From an uncultured Thermoplasmatales archaeon (GTDB taxonomy: Archaea > Thermoplasmatota > E2 > UBA202 > DSCA01): DNA of 64,000 bases. Under the pieces are notes generated by a model that had not been told where the DNA came from, did not search any database, and saw only the letters and a program-made list of their open reading frames with translations. A program made the translations under genes and the position numbers. The stretch covers positions 3,736 to 67,735 of the forward strand of contig CAZESS010000001.1 in assembly GCA_964514975.1 (NCBI GenBank), given 5' to 3'. Within the stretch, counting starts at the first letter, position 1; every line of letters begins with the position of its first letter. Below, piece after piece: positions 29,593 through 39,173 of the stretch.

Positions 29593-30261
29593 ATGAGAAA
29601 AAAAATCGCTGTCATCGCCGTCCTGGCAACAGTCGCCATCTCACTGGGCAGCATGCATCCGCATCTCCTGCACGCGGAGCAGCACGCGGCCAGCGAAATA
29701 CCCGGCGGATACACCGTCATATCAGGCGGCAACGTCACCGCCACCTATAACTTCAGCGTCAACGCCGGTGTGGACAGATGGGCATACCGATATCAGACAT
29801 CCGACCAGCCGCCCGGCACGAACGACACCCCCGGCATGGCGTTCAACGCATCCCAGTACGCCCGCATCGAAGCCGACGAAGACACCCGGCAGATAGACCG
29901 GGCGACAGCATGGTTCTCCCATGCTGCCCACCGGTTCGTTTTCACGATAGCCCAGAACAAAAGCACCGTCACCCTGCTCCATGTCAGCTGGAACGGCGGC
30001 GGGGTACACACCGGCTCAACCGACGGCGCCATCCTCTACCTGTGGAACCACACCGCCGGCGCATACGACCAGCTGGGCAGCACCACGCTGGACACCGAGA
30101 TAACCCTCGAAGGGACAACCTCTGCTGGCGCCAACTACATCGACACCGCCGGAAACCTGACCGCCCTCGTCGTGCAGCAGCGGCGGACATTCCTGTTCTG
30201 GTACTCATACATCGCCACCGACTACATCGAGATAGATGTCACCCACACGGGAGGTGCATGA
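29593..30261 (+). CDS. Secreted beta-rich protein (accessory subunit candidate)
   Basis: MRKKIAVIAVLATVAISLG signal; LYLWNH...YDQL...YID...DYIEIDV jelly-roll-like pattern. Confidence 0.65.
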   Translation: MRKKIAVIAVLATVAISLGSMHPHLLHAEQHAASEIPGGYTVISGGNVTATYNFSVNAGVDRWAYRYQTSDQPPGTNDTPGMAFNASQYARIEADEDTRQIDRATAWFSHAAHRFVFTIAQNKSTVTLLHVSWNGGGVHTGSTDGAILYLWNHTAGAYDQLGSTTLDTEITLEGTTSAGANYIDTAGNLTALVVQQRRTFLFWYSYIATDYIEIDVTHTGGA

Positions 30262-30262
30262 A

Positions 30263-32008
30263 ATGGAGACGAGCGCAAAAAAGATCATCGGAAACGTGCT
30301 CTTCATCGCCGTCCTGCTGCTCATCATCGGCCGGTTTCTCAGCATCGCCGCCGGCACCCCGTTCCCCCTCAGCGTCGTCTCCTCCGACTCCATGGAACCC
30401 GCCCTGTTCAAAGGCGACGTGATGCCCTGGATGCCCTGCAGCATCGACACCGTCGAACCGGGAGACGTCGTGGTCTACGCCAGCGCCCAGAGCTGGGATA
30501 ACGAAAAACACGTCGTGCATCGTGTCACCTCGGTTCGCGAGACCAATGGAGAACGGACGCTCATCACCCGTGGCGACCAGAACAACTACACCGATCAGGC
30601 CGGCCCGCACGTGCCGGAGCCGCCGATAACCGGCGGGATGCTCAAGGGCAGAGCCATCATGCTCGGTGGGCAGCCGCTAAAAATCCCGCTGGCGGGCTAC
30701 CCGTGGCTCATGCTCCACTCCGGCATAGACGCGCTCACCCGGTCCATGTCCTGGGGGCAGCCACAGCCCGGCCACCACTATGGCGTGTTCGTGCCCGCCG
30801 TCATCGCGATATCGCTCGTCGTCGCAGGTGCCGTGCTCTGGGCTCCCGGGCGTGGACGCAACATGCGGGAAACACTGCATGACTGCATCCTGGGGCCGGA
30901 GCGGCTGTCCGGACGGCGCATGTTTGCCTACATCTTCCTGTTCTATGTCGTGTTCCTCATGATAGCGGCCTCGTTTTCGTATGACCGTCTCTCCGCATCG
31001 ATGGCGGTCGACGAGGCAGCGCCGGACAGCGACCTGTCGTTCGGCACCCTGCAGGCAACGTCGTCATCGTTCCCCCGGTCCGTTTCGGTGGTCAACCCGT
31101 CGATGCTGCCCGTGCGAGGGATGGTGTTCGCCTCCGGCGACATCGCCCGTTTCCTTGAGCCGGGGGATGCAGCAACGTTTTCCTTGGACAGCGGGGAGCG
31201 GTTCTCGGGCAACATCACCGCCAGCATTCCCGCCGGAACCCCGCCGGGCGTCTACACCGGTTCCCTCATCATTTATTCGTCTCCCTACTGGTCAATTGTT
31301 CCCGCCTCGGCTGTCGACGGCCTGCGGACATGGCATCACCGGGGCGCCATCGTTGCGCTCACCCTGCTCGCAGCGGGCACGCTCGCCGTGTCCACGTTTC
31401 TCCTGCTCGCCGTGCTGTCATGGATGATGGAGAAAAGCCGCCTCGTCCGCGGCTACCTTGCATGGCGGCTGCTGCCTGTGGAGGCACGGATGCCATCCTC
31501 GCGCCTGTACACCGGGGCAGCCTTGATAGCACAGCGGCTTCGCCGTTCCCTCCGCCGGACGCTATCCTGGCTGGATACCACGACCGGCGACGACGATGCT
31601 CCGATGCGGCCCATCGCCGTATCGCTCGTCGGCCTGCTGGCGGGCGCTCCTCTGCTATACTGGCGGCATAGCATCCTGGCGGCGCTGCTCGTGGCATCCA
31701 TTGTCGGCGGGATAGCGGCCTACCTGGTGGGCTGCCGCTGGCGCTCCCAGTTTCTGTATGCGGCGCTGCTGACCACCGGATGGCTCGCCGGCATGTATGC
31801 GGCTGTTTCGATGCTGCACGTGGTCCGGGCTGGCGGCTCGCTGTTCGTCCCGCTCGCCTCGTCGATCACCACAGCCGGGGTCATGCTGCTCCTGTATGCC
31901 GCCCTGGCGGTGCCGTCCGCGCTTCTCTTCTGGCTGCCGGGCCATGTCATGCATTCGATTCGTGAAAAATGGAACCCCGTGGTATTGCTTCGGGGGTGTG
32001 ACCTATGA
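30263..32008 (+). CDS. S26 signal peptidase (SipW/Sec11 type) with long C-terminal Ig-like and multi-TM extension
   Basis: VVSSDSMEPALFKGD (catalytic Ser), VVHRV (His) and TRGDQNNYTD; about 400 further residues, mostly membrane segments. Confidence 0.88.
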   Translation: METSAKKIIGNVLFIAVLLLIIGRFLSIAAGTPFPLSVVSSDSMEPALFKGDVMPWMPCSIDTVEPGDVVVYASAQSWDNEKHVVHRVTSVRETNGERTLITRGDQNNYTDQAGPHVPEPPITGGMLKGRAIMLGGQPLKIPLAGYPWLMLHSGIDALTRSMSWGQPQPGHHYGVFVPAVIAISLVVAGAVLWAPGRGRNMRETLHDCILGPERLSGRRMFAYIFLFYVVFLMIAASFSYDRLSASMAVDEAAPDSDLSFGTLQATSSSFPRSVSVVNPSMLPVRGMVFASGDIARFLEPGDAATFSLDSGERFSGNITASIPAGTPPGVYTGSLIIYSSPYWSIVPASAVDGLRTWHHRGAIVALTLLAAGTLAVSTFLLLAVLSWMMEKSRLVRGYLAWRLLPVEARMPSSRLYTGAALIAQRLRRSLRRTLSWLDTTTGDDDAPMRPIAVSLVGLLAGAPLLYWRHSILAALLVASIVGGIAAYLVGCRWRSQFLYAALLTTGWLAGMYAAVSMLHVVRAGGSLFVPLASSITTAGVMLLLYAALAVPSALLFWLPGHVMHSIREKWNPVVLLRGCDL

Positions 32009-33222
32009 AAAAACAACTACAGCATCTATATGAAAAAATAAAGAAGACCATCTGGCCGTTCTGGGGCACCGCCGTCGAGGGCACCCCGGTCTACTACGAG
32101 GACACCGGCGACCGGATGGGCACCGTCGTCGAGGTCGTCAGAAATGCCGGAGGTGCGCCGTCAGGCTACCGGGTCCGCCATGGGGAAACCGGGACGGTGA
32201 CCATGCTTCCCGCCGACGCGTTGCAGTCCACCAAGCGGGGACTGCTGTTCACGCCCGTCTGGCACGTGGAGGCCGTATCGCTTGTCAGAGAACTCGAATA
32301 CGCGGCGCGGCATCCACGGCTCCATGACCTCGTCGACGGCGCCTCGCTGACAGACGACGAGCCGCAGGACATGGCGACATCCGACCCGGAGCTGCGGCGG
32401 AAAATCGACCATGCACGGCAGGTCAGGCGGTCGCTCGCACGTCAGCTCGAGGAACTCGAGCGGAAACGCCAGGATGTCAGGGAGCAGCTCATGGCGCTCT
32501 CGGAGCAGCGCCTGCTGCGGGACATCAGCCGCCGGGCGTTCGCCGAGGCGGTCACCGAGGCACGGCGCCGCGCCCGCATCCTGGACATCAACATTGAGCG
32601 CTGCAACGACCTGCTCGTCCGCTTCAGCGATCTCCCGTTTCTGCCCGCGGAGGCGCCACGGCAGGATGACGCTGAGCCGGAGGGGGTCATGCCGCTCAGG
32701 GAGCTCATGCACAGCATTCCCATAAACGTGGCCGTGATGGACCGGTCGGGCGTCATCCGGAGCGTCAACGAGCAGTTCACCGAAAACCTGCACTACGAGC
32801 CCGGGGAGGTAACGGGACGGCCGCTGTCCGCGCTCATGGTCGGCGACGGGCAGCATGTTGCCGAGATGTGCGATGACGGCGGCGCCAGCGACATGGAGTT
32901 CACCATCCGGGACGGCCGGGGGAAAGAGCGCTGCATGTACGGGCGGGCGATGCTGGTCTCCGACAACGGCCACGGCGAGGTCATGGCGCTTGCCTTCCAG
33001 GAGAAAATGGAGGAAAGCGACACGTTCCGGAAGATGCTTACCGACCAGATATCCCACGAGTTTTTCAACCCGCTCTGCATCGCCCAGGGTTACCTCTACC
33101 TGCTCGACGAGGGCAAATACGGCGACCTGACGCCGGAGCAGCAGCGGCAGGTCCGCTCGATCGCCAAAAACCTTAAACGGATAGAGCAGCTTGTCAAGGA
33201 GACGGTGCAAGTGAAACCGTGA
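32005..33222 (+). CDS. PRC-barrel-like, coiled coil, PAS and HisKA protein lacking HATPase
   Basis: GTPVYYEDTGDRMGTVVEV; IPINVAVMDRSG...VN PAS; ISHEFFNPLCIAQGYL; ends about 55 aa after the His. Confidence 0.8.
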   Translation: MKKQLQHLYEKIKKTIWPFWGTAVEGTPVYYEDTGDRMGTVVEVVRNAGGAPSGYRVRHGETGTVTMLPADALQSTKRGLLFTPVWHVEAVSLVRELEYAARHPRLHDLVDGASLTDDEPQDMATSDPELRRKIDHARQVRRSLARQLEELERKRQDVREQLMALSEQRLLRDISRRAFAEAVTEARRRARILDINIERCNDLLVRFSDLPFLPAEAPRQDDAEPEGVMPLRELMHSIPINVAVMDRSGVIRSVNEQFTENLHYEPGEVTGRPLSALMVGDGQHVAEMCDDGGASDMEFTIRDGRGKERCMYGRAMLVSDNGHGEVMALAFQEKMEESDTFRKMLTDQISHEFFNPLCIAQGYLYLLDEGKYGDLTPEQQRQVRSIAKNLKRIEQLVKETVQVKP

Positions 33223-33611
33223 CCACCATCCTCCTTGTGGACGACGAGCCCGACATCCACCACATCCTCGAGATAGCGCTTGAGCGGCGCAGCAGCCAGC
33301 TCCAGATGGAGCACGCCTACGACGGTGCGGCAGCCATCGAGATGTACCGGCAGCTGCAGCATGACACCCCGGATGGATGTCTCGTCCTCATGGATATAAA
33401 GATGCCGGGCATGGACGGCATCGAGGCAACCAGACGCCTCGTCGACATCGATCCGGATGCGTTTATCTACATCTTCACCGCCTACGCACATACCGATTTT
33501 GCTGACGAGGCCGTCAACGCCGGTGCCCGAGGGCTCATCCAGAAGTCGGACGACATCAGGGAGATGCTGGCGTGCATCCACGAGGCGGCCGCCCGGCTGG
33601 ATAACATTTAA
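33219..33611 (+). CDS. Stand-alone response regulator receiver
   Basis: LVDDE, LMDIKMPGMDG, FTA and IQK; GTGA overlap with the upstream gene. Confidence 0.93.
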   Translation: MTTILLVDDEPDIHHILEIALERRSSQLQMEHAYDGAAAIEMYRQLQHDTPDGCLVLMDIKMPGMDGIEATRRLVDIDPDAFIYIFTAYAHTDFADEAVNAGARGLIQKSDDIREMLACIHEAAARLDNI

Positions 33612-33637
33612 ACCTCGTTGTGTATTACGGTATTTGG

Positions 33638-36600
33638 ATGGGTGACATTCAGACCTATTTTTCGGAGATAGAGCGGCATGTTGAGCGATGCTACGGCATT
33701 GCGGAGAAGGCTCGTGCCAGGGGCTACGACCCCACCAGGGAGGTCGAGGTCCCGACGGCCAACGATTTTGCGGAACGCGTCGAGGAGCTTGTCGGGCCGG
33801 AGGGCATCGCCTCAGTTATCCGCAAACGCCTTGCGGATATGAGCCGCGAGCAGACGGCGCTGTCCGTTGCCATCGACATCGCCGAGGAACACGCGGGCAG
33901 CACCGAGCAGACGGTCGATCAGGCGGTGCGGACGGGCCTCGCCATCCTGACGGAGGGCGTCCTGGTGGCGCCTATCGAGGGCATCTCGGCGGTGAAAATC
34001 GGGAGCAACGCCGACGGCGGCAGCTACGTCGACCTCTATTTTGCCGGTCCCATCCGCTCCGCTGGCGGCACGGGCGAGGCCATGAGCGTGCTCATCGCCG
34101 ACGTGGTCCGCCGCAGGCTCGACATCGGCCGCTACCGGCCGACGGATGACGAGGTCGAGCGGTACAAGGAGGAGGTCCCCCTGTATGACCGCATCACGAC
34201 GCTGCAGTATTCCCCCTCGCTTGAGGAAATCGAGACCATCGTCCGCAACTGCCCTGTCTGCATCAACGGTGAGCCGACGGAGCAGAAAGAGGTGACGGGC
34301 AAGCGAAACCTGCCGCGGGTACACACCAACCGGGTCCGGGGCGGCGCCTGCCTGGTCATCGCCGAGGGACTGTGCCTCAAGGCGCCCAAGCTCCTGAAAC
34401 ATGTCGACAGCATGCAGCTCGAGGGATGGGACTTCCTCAATGCGTTCATACAGGACAACGGGGAGGAATCCCGCACCATCGCCCCGTCGGCGAAATACAT
34501 GAAAAGCCTCATCGCCGGCCGCCCCGTGTTTTCGCATCCCTCCAGCAAGGGTGGATTCCGCCTGCGTTACGGCCGCGGCCGGACCTGCGGACTGGCGTCA
34601 ACCGCCATCCATCCGGCGGCGATGCACATCCTCGACGACTTCGTTGCCCTGGGAACGCAGCTCAAAACCGAGCGGCCCGGCAAGGGAACCATCGGGACGA
34701 GCTGCACGTCCATCGAGGGGCCCATGGTCCTGCTCGACAGCGGCGACTTCGTTCAGCTTTACACGTCGGCGGAGGCACAGGAGGTAAAGGAGCACATCCA
34801 GGAAATCATCGACCTCGGCGAAATTTTGGTTCCCTTCGGCGAGTTCGTCGAAAACAACGCCATCCTGCCGCAGGCAAGCTACTGCCATGAATGGTGGATA
34901 CAGGAACTGGAGGAAGCCATCCAGGTCACCGACGAGGACATGGCGGCGGAGCATGTAGCCGAGCGACTTGGCCGGACGATGTCGCTTCATGAGCCATCGC
35001 CGGAGGAAGCGTTTTTCATCGCGGAGACGTTCGACGTGCCGCTCCATCCACGGCACACGCTCTTCTGGCATGACCTTTCCACTGACGACATAGCTGCGCT
35101 CGCCTATGCGCTCCAGCAGGCATCCTACAACGATGGCCGCCTCGAGATACCGAATGATGGAGAGGTCAAGGAGCTGCTCATGCAGCTGGGCGCCCTGCAC
35201 GTGGAAAACGAGACACATGACAGGCTCATATTGGACCGGTGTGCGCTTCCGCTGCTGCGCTGCTGCGGCTATAGGGTGGAGGACGGCCGGGTCAGGCAGC
35301 ATACATCGCCGGGGTCGGTCGACGCCACGGATGTGCTGGAGCTCGTATCGGCGCTCGCCGGCGTTTCCGTCAGGGCGAGAGCTCCCTCGCGCATCGGCAC
35401 CCGGATGGGCCGGCCGGAAAAAGCGGCGAAGCGAACCATGCGAGCGACGCCCCATGTGCTGTTTCCCGTCGGGCGGGCCGGCGGGCGAGAGCGACTGGTC
35501 AATGCTGCAGCGCGGGCGAACAAGATATCGTTCGAGGCGGGATCCCGGCAGTGCCAGCGCTGCGGCAACGTCACCTACAAGACCCGCTGCCAGTGCGGCG
35601 GCACCACCGTTTCCACGGGACGAATCGAGCGGCGGGAGGTCAAGCTGTACATGGAGGTCGACGAGGCCAAGGAGCGCATCGGCATGGTGCACATGCCCGA
35701 CAAGGTCAAGGGCGTCATCGGGCTGTCATCCCGGAGCAAGACCCCGGAGAGCCTGGAGAAGGGATTGCTCAGGGCGAAGCATGACATCTACGTGTTCAAG
35801 GATGGCACCGCTCGTTTCGACATGACCAACATGCCGCTCACTCACTTTAAACCGGAGGAGATCGGGACATCGGTGGAGCGACTCCGCGAGCTCGGCTACA
35901 CTCATGACTGGCGAGGGGACCCCCTCGAACGGCCTGACCAGGTCTGCGAGCTCAGGGTGCAGGATGTCATCCCGTCATGCTCGTGCGGCCGGTATCTCGC
36001 TCGGGTCGCCCGGTTCATCGACGAGCTCCTCGAACACTATTACGACATGGAGCCCTTCTACAACGTTGACGATCCCGCGGACCTTATCGGCAGCATGGTG
36101 GTCGGCATGTCTCCGCACACCTCCGCCGGGGCGGTCGGCCGCATCATCGGGTTCATCGACGCCGCCGTGTGCTGCGCCCACCCGTTCTATCATGCGGCCA
36201 AGCGCCGGAACTGCGACGGCGACGAGGACACCCTGATGCTCCTGATGGACGTGCTGGTCAATTTTTCGCTGGAATACATCCCTGAGAAGCGGGGCGGCCA
36301 CATGGACCTGCCCCTGGTGCTCGCCACCCGGATATCGCCCGCGGAGATCGACAAGGAGGCGGAAAACCTGGACGTGCTTTCCCGCTACCCGCTCCCGTTT
36401 TTCCAGGCGACGACACGTCACGCGCACCCAAAAGAGGTGGAGGAGGAGATGGATCTCGTTGCCGGTCGCATCGGCACCGGTCGGGAATACGACGGCTTCG
36501 GGTTCACCCATGACACCGGGGACATCGCCGACGGCGTCACCGTCTCGGCATACAAGACGCTGGGCAAGATGGAGGAAAAATTGTATGCGCAGCTCGCCCT

Positions 36601-36964
36601 GGCTCGAATCATCCGCGCCGTCGACGAAAGCGACGTTGCAGCCAGGGTGATACAGACACATTTCCTGCCCGACCTCATCGGCAACCTCAGGGCGTTCACC
36701 AAGCAGCAGGTCCGCTGCGTCAAATGCAACACCAAATACCGGCGCATCCCGCTCAAGGGGCGGTGCACCAACTGCGGCAAATCGCTGACGCTGACCGTCC
36801 ACGAAAAGTCAATCAAAAAATACCTGGAGCCCGCCAAGCGCATCATAGAGGACTTCGAGGTGCCCACCTACACCAGGCAGCGCCTTCTTTTGTTCGAAAA
36901 ATCCGCCGAGTCATTGTTCACCAACGACAAGGTCACGCAGACGAAGCTGCCGGGCTTCGGATAA
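33638..36964 (+). CDS. polC: DNA polymerase D large subunit (DP2)
   Basis: YFAGPIRSAGGT, GGFRLRYGR, HAAKRRNCDGDED, and C-terminal CVKC...CTNC. Confidence 0.97.
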   Translation: MGDIQTYFSEIERHVERCYGIAEKARARGYDPTREVEVPTANDFAERVEELVGPEGIASVIRKRLADMSREQTALSVAIDIAEEHAGSTEQTVDQAVRTGLAILTEGVLVAPIEGISAVKIGSNADGGSYVDLYFAGPIRSAGGTGEAMSVLIADVVRRRLDIGRYRPTDDEVERYKEEVPLYDRITTLQYSPSLEEIETIVRNCPVCINGEPTEQKEVTGKRNLPRVHTNRVRGGACLVIAEGLCLKAPKLLKHVDSMQLEGWDFLNAFIQDNGEESRTIAPSAKYMKSLIAGRPVFSHPSSKGGFRLRYGRGRTCGLASTAIHPAAMHILDDFVALGTQLKTERPGKGTIGTSCTSIEGPMVLLDSGDFVQLYTSAEAQEVKEHIQEIIDLGEILVPFGEFVENNAILPQASYCHEWWIQELEEAIQVTDEDMAAEHVAERLGRTMSLHEPSPEEAFFIAETFDVPLHPRHTLFWHDLSTDDIAALAYALQQASYNDGRLEIPNDGEVKELLMQLGALHVENETHDRLILDRCALPLLRCCGYRVEDGRVRQHTSPGSVDATDVLELVSALAGVSVRARAPSRIGTRMGRPEKAAKRTMRATPHVLFPVGRAGGRERLVNAAARANKISFEAGSRQCQRCGNVTYKTRCQCGGTTVSTGRIERREVKLYMEVDEAKERIGMVHMPDKVKGVIGLSSRSKTPESLEKGLLRAKHDIYVFKDGTARFDMTNMPLTHFKPEEIGTSVERLRELGYTHDWRGDPLERPDQVCELRVQDVIPSCSCGRYLARVARFIDELLEHYYDMEPFYNVDDPADLIGSMVVGMSPHTSAGAVGRIIGFIDAAVCCAHPFYHAAKRRNCDGDEDTLMLLMDVLVNFSLEYIPEKRGGHMDLPLVLATRISPAEIDKEAENLDVLSRYPLPFFQATTRHAHPKEVEEEMDLVAGRIGTGREYDGFGFTHDTGDIADGVTVSAYKTLGKMEEKLYAQLALARIIRAVDESDVAARVIQTHFLPDLIGNLRAFTKQQVRCVKCNTKYRRIPLKGRCTNCGKSLTLTVHEKSIKKYLEPAKRIIEDFEVPTYTRQRLLLFEKSAESLFTNDKVTQTKLPGFG

Positions 36965-37093
36965 AAAAAGAAATACATAAATATTTCCAGTCGTTGGTAT
37001 ATGCGCCGTGCTGTACCGACACGTCCGGCATGGAGGAGTCCCGTGTTACAACGTTTCCGCAGCCTGTTTTTTCACGAGCCGGGAGCACCGGGC

Positions 37094-37930
37094 ATGCGGT
37101 TTTCAACGGTGCAGGAATGGCGCGAAAACGTTTTCTACGCTATTTTCGTCGTCACGCTCATCCTCGGCACGGTCGCGCTCCTCGTCAGCGCATTCTACGC
37201 CGTGCGACATGGTGACTGGCTCAACCTGGCCGTTTTCTGCGGGGTATATGCCCTCGCTCTCATTTTTACGTTCACCGCCCGGGTGCCCTTCCGCGCCCGG
37301 GTGACCGGCTGGCTGGTTATTTTTTATCTGCTGGGCCTGGTGACGTTTCTGTCGCTCGGGCCGGTGGGCAGCTTTCGCATCTGGTGGTTTTCGCTGGCCG
37401 TCATCGCCGGCCTCCTGCTCGGGCTTTATGAGGGCATCGTCGCGGTGGTCGTCAACGCGGCGTCGCTGACCGTGCTTGGATACCTCGCCGCCGTCGGCCA
37501 TGTAAGCTGGTCATCCGCCGCGTTCGCACCAGAGACATGGGCGATTACCGGGGTAACCTTCGTTTTTTTGAACGCGGTGGCCGTGGTGTCTGTCGCGCTG
37601 CTCATCCGGGGTATCGAGCATCTTTTCGTCACCGCCACCCGTCACGCCGAGGCGCTCCGTGCGTCGCACCGCCGGCTGGAGACCGAGGTAATGGAGCGTA
37701 AAAGAGCCGAGGAGGAAATGGAGCGCGCCCTGGAGCTCGAAAAACGGTTCAAGGCCGATGCGGCGCATTTCTTTTTGAACCCTATCGCCATCGCCAAGGG
37801 CTACATGGACCTCGCCATGGAGCGGATGAGCCAGCCGGGGCGACGGCGCCTTGCCGCGGCGCGTGCCGCCATCCGGCGCGTGGAATCCGTCATCAAGAAC
37901 ATCGTTGAAAAGGGAGAGATACGCGAATAG
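37094..37930 (+). CDS. Six-TM sensor plus HisKA protein lacking HATPase
   Basis: Multiple TMs, ERKRAEEE linker, AAHFFLNPIAIAKGY; stop after VEKGEIRE. Confidence 0.8.
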   Translation: MRFSTVQEWRENVFYAIFVVTLILGTVALLVSAFYAVRHGDWLNLAVFCGVYALALIFTFTARVPFRARVTGWLVIFYLLGLVTFLSLGPVGSFRIWWFSLAVIAGLLLGLYEGIVAVVVNAASLTVLGYLAAVGHVSWSSAAFAPETWAITGVTFVFLNAVAVVSVALLIRGIEHLFVTATRHAEALRASHRRLETEVMERKRAEEEMERALELEKRFKADAAHFFLNPIAIAKGYMDLAMERMSQPGRRRLAAARAAIRRVESVIKNIVEKGEIRE

Positions 37931-37933
37931 CCG

Positions 37934-38518
37934 CTATTCTTTGAGCTCGCCGTCGTAGATGACGTTTTTGACCACGGTTTCGATCCGGGCGAGCGCCTGT
38001 CTGGCCGCCTCGAGCATCGCCTCGTCGTCGCCGTTGCTTTCCCGGTTGAGCACGAGCTGGAGGTAGCCCTGGGCGATGCAGAGCGGGTTGAAGAAATGAT
38101 GGGAGATGCATTCCTTGAACAGCCGCTCCCGGCAGAGCTGGCTTTGCAGGTTGCGTTCCATCTGTTTGACCATGTCGAGGTTTCTGACGACGCCGACGTA
38201 CTGCGGGTGTCTGCCATTGCTGGCTACCCGATGGAACCGTATCTCCACCGTCGTCGCGTTGCCGTTGTTCCGGAGGGAGCGGTAGAGCAGCCGGCCGCCG
38301 TCCCGGAGCGTGTTCATTACGTTGTCGCCGTCCTCGGATGTGGGCTGGAGCAGCTCCTGCAGCGGTATATCCCGCGTTTTTTCCGGGTGTCTGCCTAGCA
38401 GCGAGGCGGCGGTGTCGCTGAGATGGATGCAGCGTCCGTCTGTGTCGAGCAGCATGATGCCCTCCTCGGTGCTGATGCCGGTGCGGGATGCCTCTCGGGT
38501 GACGGTACACAGCTCCAT
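37934..38518 (-). CDS. PAS plus HisKA protein lacking HATPase
   Basis: EGIMLLDTDG...AASLLG PAS, VGVVRN, ISHHFFNPLCIAQGYL; stop after YDGELKE. Confidence 0.8.
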   Translation of the reverse strand: MELCTVTREASRTGISTEEGIMLLDTDGRCIHLSDTAASLLGRHPEKTRDIPLQELLQPTSEDGDNVMNTLRDGGRLLYRSLRNNGNATTVEIRFHRVASNGRHPQYVGVVRNLDMVKQMERNLQSQLCRERLFKECISHHFFNPLCIAQGYLQLVLNRESNGDDEAMLEAARQALARIETVVKNVIYDGELKE

Positions 38519-38650
38519 GGTTGCCTCGTTTGCTTGCAAAATACAAACATTATACAAACATTGGTATATATTGTTTACTTTTCACAATTTTGTGCCGATG
38601 GCGCAACACGGGCGCCGCATGTTTTTAGTACCGCGGCTGCTTCCCCATTC

Positions 38651-39094
38651 ATGGAGATACGAAGAGCCCGTTCAGGCGATGCGGTACACATCGCAGACCA
38701 CAACATCGCGCTTGCCCGGGAAACAGAAAACAGGTCCATCGCCCGGGACACGGCGCTCCGGGGCGTCCGCGCCGTCCTCGACGACTCCGGCAGGGGCTTC
38801 TACCTCGTTGCAGCAGACGGGGACACCATTGTCGGCCAGCTCATGGTCACCTCGGAATGGAGCGACTGGCGTGCCCGCCCGATATGGTGGCTGCAGAGCG
38901 TCTACGTCAGGCCTTCATGGCGGCAGCGAGGCATATTCCGCCGGATGCTCACCTCGCTGCGCCAGATGGCCCGCGAGCACGACGTCTGCGAGCTCCGCCT
39001 CTACGTCCACCAGGACAACCAAAAAGCATGCAGGGCCTACCGCCAGCTCGGGTTCACCCGGCTTCCCTACCAGATGTACGGCATCGACGCATAA
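38651..39094 (+). CDS. GNAT family N-acetyltransferase
   Basis: SVYVRPSWRQRGIF and N..A...YRQLGF motifs. Confidence 0.9.
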   Translation: MEIRRARSGDAVHIADHNIALARETENRSIARDTALRGVRAVLDDSGRGFYLVAADGDTIVGQLMVTSEWSDWRARPIWWLQSVYVRPSWRQRGIFRRMLTSLRQMAREHDVCELRLYVHQDNQKACRAYRQLGFTRLPYQMYGIDA

Positions 39095-39173
39095 CCAACG
39101 CATCCTTTTTATAGTCGCTGTTTATCAATACAGCCATCAACCATGCGGCCCGGATGCCGCGAGGAGACACCAC

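Noticed and set aside
36180-36240. Possible intein in PolD DP2
   Set aside because: The usual insertion site KRRN/CDGDED is contiguous and the protein length is normal.
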